Source: Candidatus Methylomirabilia bacterium (GTDB taxonomy: Bacteria > Methylomirabilota > Methylomirabilia > Rokubacteriales > CSP1-6). From it: DNA of 64,000 nucleotides. The notes beneath the pieces were generated by a model, which worked only from the letters and a program-made list of their open reading frames with translations, was not told the origin of the DNA and did not search any database. The stretch lies in NCBI GenBank assembly GCA_041497895.1, contig JBGQHJ010000005.1, forward strand, positions 8,521-72,520, read 5' to 3'. The translations under genes were made by a program, and so were the position numbers. Positions 63,803-64,000 of the stretch are shown here, piece by piece (the stretch's first letter is position 1; each line of letters opens with the position of its first letter).

Positions 63803-64000
63803 GGAGGGGCGGGGCTATTGTGGCGGCGTGGACGCCATCCGGTTGTGCACCCGTCTCGATGGTCGTCCGCGGTTGGGGGAGCGCGGGGGCCATCACGGTG
63901 GCGCCGACGTCACTCGGTTGTGCACCCGTCTCGATGGTCGTCCGCGGTTGGGGGAGCGCGGGGGCCATCACGGTGGCGCCGACGTTATTCGGTTGTGCAC
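63803..64000. repeat. 75-bp tandem repeat, truncated by window end
   Basis: GGTTGTGCAC at 63841, 63916 and 63991; two near-identical full units plus a degenerate partial unit from about 63803. Confidence 0.92.

Noticed and set aside
63841..64000. Possible CRISPR array
   Set aside because: Units are near-identical over 75 bp with no unique spacers, and no cas genes are present

Overview
Very GC-rich, gene-dense bacterial core-chromosome segment from a diderm organism (kds/lpt genes). Gene content and composition suggest Candidatus Rokubacteria (Methylomirabilota); this is an inference and was not tested. There are about 65 CDS. Housekeeping genes include trxB, mscL, nadX, leuS-lptE-holA, rpsT, murJ, xerD, a tRNA nucleotidyltransferase and pyrG-kdsA-kdsD-kdsC-lptC-lptA. 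DNA repair genes include nfo, nth, Atl, uvrB, uvrC and rmuC. The window also carries a TolC-MacA-MacB efflux operon, a heterodimeric ABC exporter and a class II ribonucleotide reductase. I saw no rRNA, tRNA, CRISPR array, transposase or prophage. Points that stand out: (1) a ~120-nt multi-hairpin palindromic element inserted in frame in an ABC exporter gene, whose core recurs as a 75-bp tandem array at the window end, suggesting a coding-compatible repeat family; (2) a peroxiredoxin with in-frame TGA at the peroxidatic Cys position (probable selenoprotein); (3) a LAGLIDADG intein ending in His-Gln at the catalytic Cys of NrdJ; (4) an orphan, highly divergent GroES-like protein; (5) a hybrid sensor kinase lacking its phospho-His; (6) a consensus sigma54 site abutting the lptC start. 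All family assignments were made by eye from motifs; no database searches were run.
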